Shown: positions 19,334 to 28,191 of the stretch, in pieces | Layout of the letters: every line of letters starts with the position of its first letter | Position numbering within the stretch: the first letter of the stretch is position 1 | Assembly (NCBI GenBank): GCA_963754315.1 | Contig: CAVWFS010000019.1 | Span: 192,001 to 256,000 of the forward strand | From: an uncultured Candidatus Rokubacteria bacterium | GTDB taxonomy: Bacteria; Methylomirabilota; Methylomirabilia; Rokubacteriales; CSP1-6 | Length of the DNA: 64,000 nt | Direction: 5' to 3' | The notes under the pieces: generated by a model | The model's database searches: none | Told to the model about the DNA's origin: nothing | What the model saw: the letters and a program-made list of their open reading frames with translations, nothing else | Made by a program: the position numbers and the translations under genes

Positions 19334-19822
19334 CCCTCTCGAGGCGCCCCAGGAGCCGCCGCGCCCTCCCGAGCGATGGCCCCGCTCCCCCGGACCATCC
19401 CAAGCGCCGCGGACCCTGGCGGGCCCTCTCGAGCCCCCAGCACCGCCGCGCCCTCCCGAGGGGTGGCCCGGGTCCCCCGGGCTACCCCGAGCGCCGGGGG
19501 CCCGGGGGCCCCTCGAGGCCCCAGCACCGCCGCGTCCTCCCGAGGGGTGGCCCGGCTCCCCCGGGCTACCCGAGCGCCTGAGCCCCAGCACCGCCGCGTC
19601 CTCCCGAGGGGTGGCCCGGCTCCCCCGGGAGGCCCTCTGAGCCTCAGCACCGCCGCGTCCTCCCGAGGGGTGGCCCGGCTCCCCCGGGCCACCCCGAGCG
19701 CCGGGGGGCCTGGGGGGCCCTCTCGAGGCCCCAGCACCGCCGCGTCCTCCCGAGGGGTGGCCCGGGTCCCCCGGGCCACCCCGAGCGCCGGGGGGCCTGG
19801 GGGGCCCTTTCGAGGCCCCCCA
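19334..19822 (+). repeat. Tandem array of six copies of the two-hairpin G-tract element (full unit 87 bp)
   Basis: CAGCACCGCCGCG-like anchors at 19350, 19438, 19522, 19586, 19645, 19732 (periods 88, 84, 64, 59, 87); final unit ends GGGGGGCCCTTTCGAGGCCCCCCA. Confidence 0.95.
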
Positions 19823-19827
19823 CTAAA

Positions 19828-20847
19828 ATGGACCAGCGCTCCCGCGAGGTCCTCGTCGCCCTCATCCGCGAGTACGTGCGCACGGCGGAGCCCGTGGGGT
19901 CGCGGGCGCTGGCCAAGGGTTACTTCCCCGCGCTCTCTCCAGCCACCTTACGAAACGTGATGGCAGACCTGGAGGAGTCGGGATACCTGACGCAGCCCCA
20001 CACCAGCGCGGGGCGGGTGCCAACCGACAAGGCATACCGTTTCTATGTGGAGTCTTTCCCACCTCCCGGTCTCCCCGCCGTACCCACGGAGCCACGCCCA
20101 CCGCGACCCACCAGCATCGAGGGGTTCATGGAACACACCTCGGCGCGCCTCTCCAGCGCGACCAAGCTGACCGCGCTCCTGCTTGCGCCTCCTCTGAAGC
20201 AAACGGCCGTGGCCCGAGTGGAGGTCATGCCCCTCGAGGGCGACCGCGCCCTAGCGGTGGTGGTGACCGAGTCAGGCTGGGTCACGGCGCGCTCCATTAC
20301 CCTCGATCCTCCACGCAGTGGGGACGAGATCCGCAACATCAGTCGCGAACTGACGCGCCGCTTCCGAGGGCGGACGGTCCACGAGATCGTCGACATGGAG
20401 ACGACCCCGGCCGATCCGCTCGACGAGCTGCACACGCGGGCACGGGCAGTCACGGAGCAGATCGTGTCCATGCTGCGCGGACGGACGCTCTACGTGAGCG
20501 GCGCCATCAACATGCTGGATCAGCCTGAGTTCTGGGATCTCGCCTCAACCCGCCAGCTGCTGGGTTTCTTCGAGCAGAAGGAGCGCTTGGCCGATCTCAT
20601 GACCTCGTTCGCGGAGGAAGAGGGGTTGCGCGTCACCATCGGTGAGGAAAACCCCGTGGCCGAAATGCGAGAGTGCACCATGATCACGTCCGCCTACTTG
20701 TACCGGAACCAGGTGCTCGGCATTCTCGGCGTGGTGGGACCCCGACGCCTGCCCTATCCCGACGTCATCTCCATCGTGGAGGACACGGCACGCCAGGTCA
20801 CCGACGAGCTCGCCCGCGTGCGACAGGACCTCTATCTGCCGAGTTAG
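19828..20847 (+). CDS. hrcA: Heat-inducible transcription repressor HrcA
   Basis: EPVGSR, SPATLRNVMADLEE, QPHTSAGRVPTDKAYRFYV, IGEEN, GVVGPRR. Confidence 0.95.
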   Translation: MDQRSREVLVALIREYVRTAEPVGSRALAKGYFPALSPATLRNVMADLEESGYLTQPHTSAGRVPTDKAYRFYVESFPPPGLPAVPTEPRPPRPTSIEGFMEHTSARLSSATKLTALLLAPPLKQTAVARVEVMPLEGDRALAVVVTESGWVTARSITLDPPRSGDEIRNISRELTRRFRGRTVHEIVDMETTPADPLDELHTRARAVTEQIVSMLRGRTLYVSGAINMLDQPEFWDLASTRQLLGFFEQKERLADLMTSFAEEEGLRVTIGEENPVAEMRECTMITSAYLYRNQVLGILGVVGPRRLPYPDVISIVEDTARQVTDELARVRQDLYLPS

Positions 20848-20880
20848 GTTCGCGTCGCGCCCGCCTCTCGGCGACCGCAC

Positions 20881-20889
20881 TGCTATAAT
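20881..20889 (+). promoter_or_regulatory. Extended -10 promoter of grpE
   Basis: TGcTATAAT, 8 nt before the ATG. Confidence 0.65.
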
Positions 20890-20897
20890 TCAGGTAT

Positions 20898-21437
20898 ATG
20901 GAGAATCCCCACGTGAGCACTTCGTCCGCTGCCGAGCCCCGGGACCCGGTGGCCCCGAGCGAGGCTGCCCTCTCCGAGCTGGAAGAGCTGCGCGCTCAGC
21001 TGGCCGAGAAACAAGACCAGCTCCTACGCGCGCTGGCGGACACGGAGAACATCCGCCGCCGCGCCCAGCGCGATCGAGATGACTATATTCGCTATGCCAC
21101 CGAGTCTCTGCTGCGCGATCTGATTCCCGTCCTCGATAATCTCGATCGAGCGCTCGCCGCCGCCCGGGAAGGGACCGCGCCTCGACTGGTGGAGGGCGTG
21201 GAGCTCATCCAGCGCGAGATGCTCAAGGTGCTGGAACGCGCCGGTGTCAGTCGCTATTCCGCGTTGGGCGCGGTCTTCGACCCCACCCGCCACGAGGCCA
21301 TCGCGCGCGTGGTGAGCCCCGAGGTCGCGCCCAACACGGTCGTCGGCGAGACCGTACCAGGCTACCTCCTCCACAACCGTGTCCTCCGGCCGGCCATGGT
21401 CTCCGTGGCGGTGCCGCCCGACGAGGACGCCCGATAA
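20898..21437 (+). CDS. grpE: Nucleotide exchange factor GrpE
   Basis: [47 protein letters not shown]. Confidence 0.95.
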   Translation: MENPHVSTSSAAEPRDPVAPSEAALSELEELRAQLAEKQDQLLRALADTENIRRRAQRDRDDYIRYATESLLRDLIPVLDNLDRALAAAREGTAPRLVEGVELIQREMLKVLERAGVSRYSALGAVFDPTRHEAIARVVSPEVAPNTVVGETVPGYLLHNRVLRPAMVSVAVPPDEDAR

Positions 21438-21438
21438 G

Positions 21439-22524
21439 GTGGCCTCGCGCGACTACTACGAGATCCTGGGTGTAGCCCGATCCGCCAGCGACGCTGACCT
21501 CAAGAAGTCCTTCCGGCAGCTGGCCATGCAGTGCCACCCGGACCGCAACCCCGGGGACAAGCTGGCCGAGGATCGCTTCAAGGAAGTGAACGAAGCGTAC
21601 GCCGTTCTCTCTGACCCCGACAAGCGCGCTCACTACGATCGGTTCGGCACCGCCGGACCTGGAGGCGGCTTTGAGGGCGGCTTCGGGACCATCTTCGAGG
21701 ACATTTTCGAGAACTTCTTCGCGGGTGGGGACCGCCGGCGCACCCGTGCCCGTTCCGGTGAGGATCTCCAGTACGAGATGAAGTTGACCTTGGAGGAAGT
21801 CGCCAGCGGGGTGGAGACGAAGATCCAGGTGCCGCGTCTGGAGAGCTGCGCTCGGTGCCACGGTACCGGGAGCGAGCCGGGCACCGCGCCGTCGACGTGC
21901 GAGACCTGCCGCGGGCGCGGAGAGGTGCGGCTCAGCCAGGGCTTCCTCACGGTTGCGCGCCCCTGCCCCAAATGCTACGGCCAGGGGCAGGTCAACAAGC
22001 ACCCCTGCCAGACCTGCCGCGGCGAGGGGCGTCAACGTGCCGAACGCACACTTCAGGTCAAGATTCCGCCCGGAATTGAGGATGGCATGCAGCTACGCCT
22101 CACGGGAGAGGGCTCGGGGGGATTGCAGGGTGGCCCTCCAGGCGATCTCTATGTGCTGGTGCGCATCCAGGAGCACGAACTGTTCGTGCGCGATGCCGCC
22201 GACCTCTATTGCGAGATTCCCGTGACATTTCCCCAGCTCGCTCTTGGCCATGAAATTCAGGTCCCTGTGCTCAAGGGGACCCAGGCGCTCACCATCCCTG
22301 CTGGAACGCAGCCCAACGAGATCCTCCGCTTGCGCGGGCAGGGCCTGCCGCGCTTGCGCGAGCGGCGACGGGGTGACGCGTGCTATCGGCTTATTCTCGA
22401 GGTGCCGCGCAAGCTCACGGCCAAGCAACGCGAAGCCCTGGAGTCCTTCGCCACCTCTATCAAGGGTGATCAGGGACCTCTCTCGTTGAGTTTCTTCGAG
22501 CGGATGAAGAAATTGCTCGGGTGA
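21439..22524 (+). CDS. dnaJ: Chaperone DnaJ
   Basis: [11 protein letters not shown] motif, four CxxCxGxG repeats, GPPGDLYV. Confidence 0.96.
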   Translation: MASRDYYEILGVARSASDADLKKSFRQLAMQCHPDRNPGDKLAEDRFKEVNEAYAVLSDPDKRAHYDRFGTAGPGGGFEGGFGTIFEDIFENFFAGGDRRRTRARSGEDLQYEMKLTLEEVASGVETKIQVPRLESCARCHGTGSEPGTAPSTCETCRGRGEVRLSQGFLTVARPCPKCYGQGQVNKHPCQTCRGEGRQRAERTLQVKIPPGIEDGMQLRLTGEGSGGLQGGPPGDLYVLVRIQEHELFVRDAADLYCEIPVTFPQLALGHEIQVPVLKGTQALTIPAGTQPNEILRLRGQGLPRLRERRRGDACYRLILEVPRKLTAKQREALESFATSIKGDQGPLSLSFFERMKKLLG

Positions 22525-23405
22525 TGTCTGACTCCCAGTACTGGGAGCTGCAGGTCAGCGCGCCCGAGGAGATCAGCGAGGGGCTCACCAATTTCGTGTG
22601 GGAGCTAGGCGCTCTCGGTGTGGTAGAGGAAGAGCGTCCCCCGCGCTCCGCCCGGTTGCGGGCGTTCTTTCCTGCCTCGACCAGCGCCGACGTACTGCTC
22701 GCTGGTCTCGGTGACTACCTCGATGGGCTCCGCACTCTCGGGTATGGGGTCGTCGACGATCCCGAGATCACGCGTGTCACCGACCCTGGCTGGAGTGAAG
22801 CGTGGCGGGCCTATTTTCGCCCCTTGCCGGTGGGAGACCACTTCCTCGTCGTTCCCCCGTGGGAGACGCCAAGGACATGCAAGAGGATCGTCATTGTCAT
22901 CGAGCCGGGGCGGGCCTTCGGTACGGGGCACCATGGCACCACGGCGGGGTGCCTCGAGCTCTTGGAGCGGACTGTTGAGCGTGACGGACCGCGACGTGCC
23001 GTCGACCTCGGCACAGGCTCCGGGATTCTGGCCATCGCCGCCGCCCGACTCGGCACCGAGGAGGTGCTCGCGATCGATGACGATCCTGACGCGGTGGCCA
23101 ACGCCCGGCTCAATGTTGAGCGGAACGGTGTGGGCAAGCAGGTGACCTGTGCTCTGGTGGAGGCGTCGGCGCTGACCATTGATCCCGTTCCGCTGGTGCT
23201 CGCCAACTTGCTCGCTCTCGCCCATCAGCGTCTGGCCGCGGCCTATCGTCGTCTGCTCATGCCGGGCGGAACGCTGATCCTGGGCGGCATCCTCGAGTCA
23301 GAGGTCGATTCGGTGGTCCAGACGCTTCATCGACACGGTTTCGATGAGAGGTCGGTCGTCACCCGGCAGGAATGGGCCACGCTCGCGCTCACAGCCCGAC
23401 CATGA
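22521..23405 (+). CDS. prmA: Ribosomal protein L11 methyltransferase
   Basis: [26 protein letters not shown]; follows dnaJ. Confidence 0.92.
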   Translation: MMSDSQYWELQVSAPEEISEGLTNFVWELGALGVVEEERPPRSARLRAFFPASTSADVLLAGLGDYLDGLRTLGYGVVDDPEITRVTDPGWSEAWRAYFRPLPVGDHFLVVPPWETPRTCKRIVIVIEPGRAFGTGHHGTTAGCLELLERTVERDGPRRAVDLGTGSGILAIAAARLGTEEVLAIDDDPDAVANARLNVERNGVGKQVTCALVEASALTIDPVPLVLANLLALAHQRLAAAYRRLLMPGGTLILGGILESEVDSVVQTLHRHGFDERSVVTRQEWATLALTARP

Positions 23406-23447
23406 GCGAGCGTGCGCGGCGCAGTCCGGCCCCTCACTGAACGGTTC

Positions 23448-24209
23448 GTGCGGCGCTTCGTCATCACGCCGGAGCGTATTGAGGGCGACCGGGTTGCGTT
23501 TGGCCCTGAGGAGAGCCGACACCTTGGACGCGTACTGCGTCTCGGTCCCGGCGATCTGGTACTCGCCTCCGACGGGAGCGGTCACCAATACACGGTTCGC
23601 CTCGAGACTATCCGTCCTCTTGCCACCGGGATCATCCTGGAGACCGCTCGGGACACCTCGGAGTCCCCCCTCGACGTCACCCTGATCCAGGGTATTCCGA
23701 AGGGCGACAAGATGGAGACGATCGTCCGCATGGCCACCGAGCTCGGTGTCACGCGCATCATGCCCGCCATTACCGCGCGCACGGTGGTGAGGCTCGAGAG
23801 CAGCCGCTGGCCCGCACGGACGCAGCGCTGGCAACGGGTGGCAGCCGAAGCCGCCAAGCAATGCGGGCGCGCTGTGATCCCTGAGGTCTCGCCCACTGCG
23901 TCGCTGACCACCGTCGTCGGGGAACTCCCAACCCCCGGACTTGGGATCTGTCTGTGGGAGAGCGAGCGCCGGCCACTGGATCAGGCCTTGATCGGCTTCG
24001 GGGCGCCGGCGCGCCCCATCGCCGTCATCATCGGGCCGGAGGGCGGACTCGCGCCGGAGGAAGTCCAGTGGGTTCGGAGCCGAGGCTGGATCGTCACCGG
24101 ACTCGGGCCCCGCACTCTAAGAACCGAGACGGCCGGGCCAGCGGTGCTGGCAATTTTCCAAGCCATGTTCGGAGACCTGTTTTACGGTCGCGGGTTGTCT
24201 CACAAATGA
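23448..24209 (+). CDS. rsmE: 16S rRNA m3U1498 methyltransferase
   Basis: HLGRVLRL, ATELGV, EAAKQCGR, IGPEGG, LGPRTLRTETA. Confidence 0.94.
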   Translation: MRRFVITPERIEGDRVAFGPEESRHLGRVLRLGPGDLVLASDGSGHQYTVRLETIRPLATGIILETARDTSESPLDVTLIQGIPKGDKMETIVRMATELGVTRIMPAITARTVVRLESSRWPARTQRWQRVAAEAAKQCGRAVIPEVSPTASLTTVVGELPTPGLGICLWESERRPLDQALIGFGAPARPIAVIIGPEGGLAPEEVQWVRSRGWIVTGLGPRTLRTETAGPAVLAIFQAMFGDLFYGRGLSHK

Positions 24210-24212
24210 GAC
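24197..24212. promoter_or_regulatory. Palindrome, candidate enhancer (bEBP binding site)
   Basis: GTCTCA-CAAA-TGAGAC about 100 bp upstream of a sigma54 motif. Confidence 0.5.
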
Positions 24213-24308
24213 GCGCGCTTAGGGCCGCTGTCTCCTTCCTACCACACCTATGGATCTCAGCATCTCCAACGAGCCCGAAAACACGGAGCTATTGGTTTCT
24301 TGATGGGG

Positions 24309-24323
24309 TGGTACCAGCTTTGC
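24309..24323 (+). promoter_or_regulatory. sigma54 (-24/-12) promoter of lpxC
   Basis: TGGTAC-CAGCT-TTGC with exact GG-N10-GC spacing. Confidence 0.7.
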
Positions 24324-24340
24324 CTTAAGATGCCACCGGC

Positions 24341-25255
24341 ATGAATCAGAGGACGATTCGGATGCCCGTTCAGGTCGAGGGCGTTGGCCTCCACTCGGGT
24401 CGGCCGGTACGCGTGACCATCTCGCCAGGTCCTCCAAACTCGGGGATCGTGTTCCGGGTGAGCGGACACGCCGAGCGGATCCCGGCGGCACCCGAGAGCG
24501 TCAGCAATTCACACTACGCGACGACTATCGGGCGCAACGGTGCCCGCATCCAAACGGTTGAACACCTGATGGCGGCGGCGGCCGGCCTCGGTATCGACAA
24601 CCTCGAAGTCGAGGTCGATGGCGGTGAGATCCCAGCGCTGGATGGAAGTGCCAAGCCGTTCGTAACCTTGCTGGCGGCGGCGGGTCGAGCCCAACAACCG
24701 GCCGCGCGACGTGCCATAGTGATTCCGTACGCTCTTCGGGTGGGCGACGACCGGCGCTGGATCGAGATCACGCCGGGTCCTGTGCTCAGTATCACCTACA
24801 CCCTGCACAACGATCATCCAGCCATCGGGAGACAGGAGCTCTCTTGGACGCCCTCCGAGAGGGGGTTCGTCGAGGAATTTGCCTCGGCTCGGACGTATGG
24901 CTTCTTGAAGGACGTCGGGCAAATGCGCAGGAACGGTCTTGCTCGGGGCGGCTCACTCGAGAACGCCATCGTTCTGGGCAAGCGCGGGCCCATCAACGGC
25001 CTGCGCTATCCCGACGAGTTCGTCCGCCATAAGATCCTCGATCTGATCGGTGACCTGGCTCTGCTGAGCCGGCCGGTAATCGGTCACGTCTCGGCATTCA
25101 ACGCCGGTCACGCTCTCAACGTTCAGTTGGTCCAGGAGATCCAGCGGGCGCTCGGGCTGGAACGCCGGGCAGTGATCCAGGCCGAAGCCGGGGCGTTCGC
25201 ACCCGCACCCCTTACGGACAGCTTTGGACCCAACCCGGGGCTGGCACGCGCGTAG
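24341..25255 (+). CDS. lpxC: UDP-3-O-acyl-N-acetylglucosamine deacetylase
   Basis: GVGLHSG, TVEHLMAA, EIPALDGSA, ARTYGF, EFVRHKILDLIGDL, GH. Confidence 0.96.
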   Translation: MNQRTIRMPVQVEGVGLHSGRPVRVTISPGPPNSGIVFRVSGHAERIPAAPESVSNSHYATTIGRNGARIQTVEHLMAAAAGLGIDNLEVEVDGGEIPALDGSAKPFVTLLAAAGRAQQPAARRAIVIPYALRVGDDRRWIEITPGPVLSITYTLHNDHPAIGRQELSWTPSERGFVEEFASARTYGFLKDVGQMRRNGLARGGSLENAIVLGKRGPINGLRYPDEFVRHKILDLIGDLALLSRPVIGHVSAFNAGHALNVQLVQEIQRALGLERRAVIQAEAGAFAPAPLTDSFGPNPGLARA

Positions 25256-25262
25256 CCTTTGC

Positions 25263-25335
25263 GGGGAGCCCGGATAGCCCTGGGTACCCCGAACTCACGA
25301 GGGCCTTGGGGGGCCCAGGTGAGGATGCCCGATCA
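25263..25335 (+). repeat. Degenerate single copy of the two-hairpin element
   Basis: GGGGAGCCCGG-ATAGC-CCTGGGTACCCC-GAAC...GGGCCTTGGGGGGCCC aligns by eye to the 19750-19810 unit. Confidence 0.6.
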
Positions 25336-25380
25336 AATCAAAGGGCCAGAAACCTAGAGGGTATAATGGCGCGCTGAGGT

Positions 25381-25950
25381 ATGCGCGTCACCACGTTGGT
25401 CGTTCTTCTCCTCGCTGGCACCCTGAACCTGGCCAGCCGTTTGCCAGCGGAGGCCGAACTGCGTGTCAACGAACTCGCGGTGCTCCTGAACACCCGCGAC
25501 GTCACCGTTCACGCCGTCCTCTTAGGTGCCGTGCCGGCCGAGTTTCTCGAAGGTCTTCACAGCGGCCTGCCAGCTCACCTGAGGATCGTCATCGATTTGT
25601 TCCGCTACAACCGCTTCCGGCCCGACAGCCGAATCAATCGGGCCGTCCTTGAGCGGACCCTCTCCTACAATGTGGTCACCAAGGAGTACAAGGTCAGCCT
25701 CGGACCGAGCGAGGCCCGCTCACCGGTCACCACCCGTGAGTTCCGGGAGGCCGAACGAACCATCTCAGATATCCAGGGCATCAAGCTGACCCCTGCTGCC
25801 AACTTGGACCTCGCCGAAACGTACTACGTGCGCGTCAACGCGGAGACGGCCCTGAACGGCGACGATTCCTGGGTGGCTCGCATGGCCGGCAAGGCCGAGC
25901 GTGCCTCGCGCCAGTCGGATTACCATACCCTGGCGAGTCCCCCGCGGTAA
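25381..25950 (+). CDS. DUF4390-like periplasmic protein
   Basis: Signal peptide, EGLHSGLP, TLSYNVVTKEY; position upstream of ntrY is typical; TATAAT and GAGGT upstream. Confidence 0.75.
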   Translation: MRVTTLVVLLLAGTLNLASRLPAEAELRVNELAVLLNTRDVTVHAVLLGAVPAEFLEGLHSGLPAHLRIVIDLFRYNRFRPDSRINRAVLERTLSYNVVTKEYKVSLGPSEARSPVTTREFREAERTISDIQGIKLTPAANLDLAETYYVRVNAETALNGDDSWVARMAGKAERASRQSDYHTLASPPR

Positions 25951-25957
25951 TCGTGTC

Positions 25958-28183
25958 ATGCCGCTTCTGAGCGAGGAGAGCCGGCGCAAGCGGAACCTGC
26001 TCATCATGACGGGCGTGCTCGTCGTGCTGGCGGTCGGCAGCGCGGTGAACTACGGCCTCACGGGGCCGGACCTTCCGGTGGCCTCGAACCTCGCGATGAT
26101 CCTCCTGTTCAACCTCAACGCCATCGTGCTCCTCTTGTTGCTCGTCCTCCTCTTCCGCAACCTGGTCAAGCTGTGGTTCGAGCGACAGCAGAAAGCCATT
26201 GCCTCCAAGTTCAAGGCCCGGCTGGTGCTCGCCTTCCTTTTCCTGTCGCTCGTGCCCACCTTCCTCATCATTTTGATCGCCTCCACCATCATCAACCGAT
26301 CGATCGACGGCTGGTTCAAGCCTCAGGTGGAGCGGCCGCTCGCCCAAGCCCTCGGCGTCGCCCAGACCTACTACCAGAACCTCGAGTCCACCGCCCTTCG
26401 CCACGCCCAGCAGATTGCGCGGGTGGTCTCCCGTGAGGGCCTGCTCGAGGGCGACCACGCCGCCTTGCGCGCCTACGTGAGCGAACAACAGAACCAGCTC
26501 GGGCTTGGCGCGGTGACCATCCTGGGCGCCTCCGGGACTCAGGTGCTGCATGTGACGGATCCCCTCGTGGCCGATCTGCCCTTGCGGCCGATCGGCGACA
26601 CTCAGCTCAAGCGGGGACTGGCCGGCCATGACGTCACCGCGGTGCGGGAGGCCGACGTGGCCGATCTGGTGGACGCCGTGACGCCCATCTGGTCGGGGCG
26701 CAAGGGCCCTCAGGCGGTGGAGGGCCTGGTGGTGGTGAGTACCCACGTGCCTGAGCGCCTGGAGGCCAAGGTCCGCGCGATCTCGCAGGCCTTCCAAGAA
26801 TACAAGCAACTGCGGCTGTTGCGGACGCCGATCAAGGTGAACCTCATTCTCTTCTTCGTCCTCATCACCCTCATCGTGGTGTTCTGCGTCACGTGGTTTG
26901 GTCTGTACCTGGCCCGGGGTATCACCGTTCCGATCGAGCAGCTGGTGGAGGGGACGCGCGAGGTGGCAGCCGGTAACCTCAGTTACAAGGTTCAGGCCCG
27001 GGCCGACGACGAGATCGGCGTGCTCGTCACCTCCTTCAACCGTATGACCGACGATCTCGCTCTCTCGAAGCACCAGCTCGAAGAGGCGTACCTCGACCTC
27101 CAGGACAAGCACACCGAGCTGGAGGAGCGCCGCCGTTACATGGAGACGGTGCTGGAAGCCATCACCACGGGCGTGGTGTCCTTCGATGGGCTCGGGCGCT
27201 TGACCACGATCAACCGCGCCGCTGCTCGCATGTTCGACCTCGCCCAGGAAACCAGCGTTGGTCGGCTGCTGGAGGAAGTCTTCCGAGGACCGGAAGGCCG
27301 TGAGATCGTGGCCCTCGTGCGCCGCGCGCAACGAATCACAGTGGGAGGAGCAGCCGCCGAGCTCACCCGCGAGAACAGCGGGACGCGGCTCTCCCTCCTG
27401 GCGTCGGCGACTGCGCTGCGTGGCCCCGACGGTGACTACGCGGGCGCGGTCGTGGTCTTCGACGACCTCACCGAGCTCCTCAAGGCGCAACGCCAGGCCG
27501 CCTGGCGTGAGGTCGCCCAGCGTCTCGCCCACGAGATCAAGAACCCGCTCACCCCCATCCAGCTCTCCGCCCAGCGCTTACGCCGGCGGCTCGCCCGTCA
27601 CCCTGGCGAGGAGGAGCGGCTGGTCAACGAGTGCACGGAGATCATCATTCAGGAAGTCGACGGGCTGAAGCGTCTGGTGGAGGAGTTCTCGCGCTTCGCC
27701 CGCATGCCTGCCCTGACCCTGCGCCTCACGGACGTGCACCCTCTCATCGAGGCAATCGCTGCCCTCTACCGGGAGTCGCAGCCTGCCCTCTCCCTGATTA
27801 CCCGCCACGCACCTGGGCTCCCGCTCATGGAAGTGGATCCCGATCACATCAAGCGCGCGGTGCTGAACCTCGTCGACAACGCGGTGGACGCGGTGAGCGG
27901 AGTGGGCGAGGTCGTTATCGAGACCGAGTTCCTGGCCGAGAGTGGCCAGGTCCGCATCGTGGTGGCCGACAACGGCCAGGGCATCAGCGCTGACCAGAAG
28001 GAGAAGCTCTTCACTCCGTACTTCTCGACCAAGGTGGCGGGCATGGGGCTGGGGCTCCCCATCGTGCACCACATCGTGACCGAGCACCGGGGAACGATTC
28101 GGGTGGAGGCGAACGTTCCCCGCGGGAGCCGCTTTGTCATCGAGGTGCCCGTCGCGCGTGGCGCCGTCCCGGTGGAGGCGTAG
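25958..28183 (+). CDS. ntrY: NtrY-like sensor histidine kinase (TM-HAMP-PAS-HisKA-HATPase)
   Basis: DEIGVLVTSFNRMT, AWREVAQRLAHEIKNPLTPIQLSA, NLVDNA, DNGQG, GMGLGL. Confidence 0.88.
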   Translation: MPLLSEESRRKRNLLIMTGVLVVLAVGSAVNYGLTGPDLPVASNLAMILLFNLNAIVLLLLLVLLFRNLVKLWFERQQKAIASKFKARLVLAFLFLSLVPTFLIILIASTIINRSIDGWFKPQVERPLAQALGVAQTYYQNLESTALRHAQQIARVVSREGLLEGDHAALRAYVSEQQNQLGLGAVTILGASGTQVLHVTDPLVADLPLRPIGDTQLKRGLAGHDVTAVREADVADLVDAVTPIWSGRKGPQAVEGLVVVSTHVPERLEAKVRAISQAFQEYKQLRLLRTPIKVNLILFFVLITLIVVFCVTWFGLYLARGITVPIEQLVEGTREVAAGNLSYKVQARADDEIGVLVTSFNRMTDDLALSKHQLEEAYLDLQDKHTELEERRRYMETVLEAITTGVVSFDGLGRLTTINRAAARMFDLAQETSVGRLLEEVFRGPEGREIVALVRRAQRITVGGAAAELTRENSGTRLSLLASATALRGPDGDYAGAVVVFDDLTELLKAQRQAAWREVAQRLAHEIKNPLTPIQLSAQRLRRRLARHPGEEERLVNECTEIIIQEVDGLKRLVEEFSRFARMPALTLRLTDVHPLIEAIAALYRESQPALSLITRHAPGLPLMEVDPDHIKRAVLNLVDNAVDAVSGVGEVVIETEFLAESGQVRIVVADNGQGISADQKEKLFTPYFSTKVAGMGLGLPIVHHIVTEHRGTIRVEANVPRGSRFVIEVPVARGAVPVEA

Positions 28184-28191
28184 GATCGTCG

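Noticed and set aside
19284..19640. Pro-rich ORF, and other ORFs crossing the repeat array
   Set aside because: GC-only repeats lack stop codons; the frame changes between units and the same element is non-coding at other loci. The ATGA overlap with hemW was noted but is insufficient.
19334..19822. CRISPR array
   Set aside because: Units are near-continuous tandem copies without unique spacers, the period is irregular, and there are no cas genes in the window.
24285..24306. IHF site between the enhancer and the sigma54 promoter
   Set aside because: Only ATCAA matches on the minus strand; the TTR element is missing.
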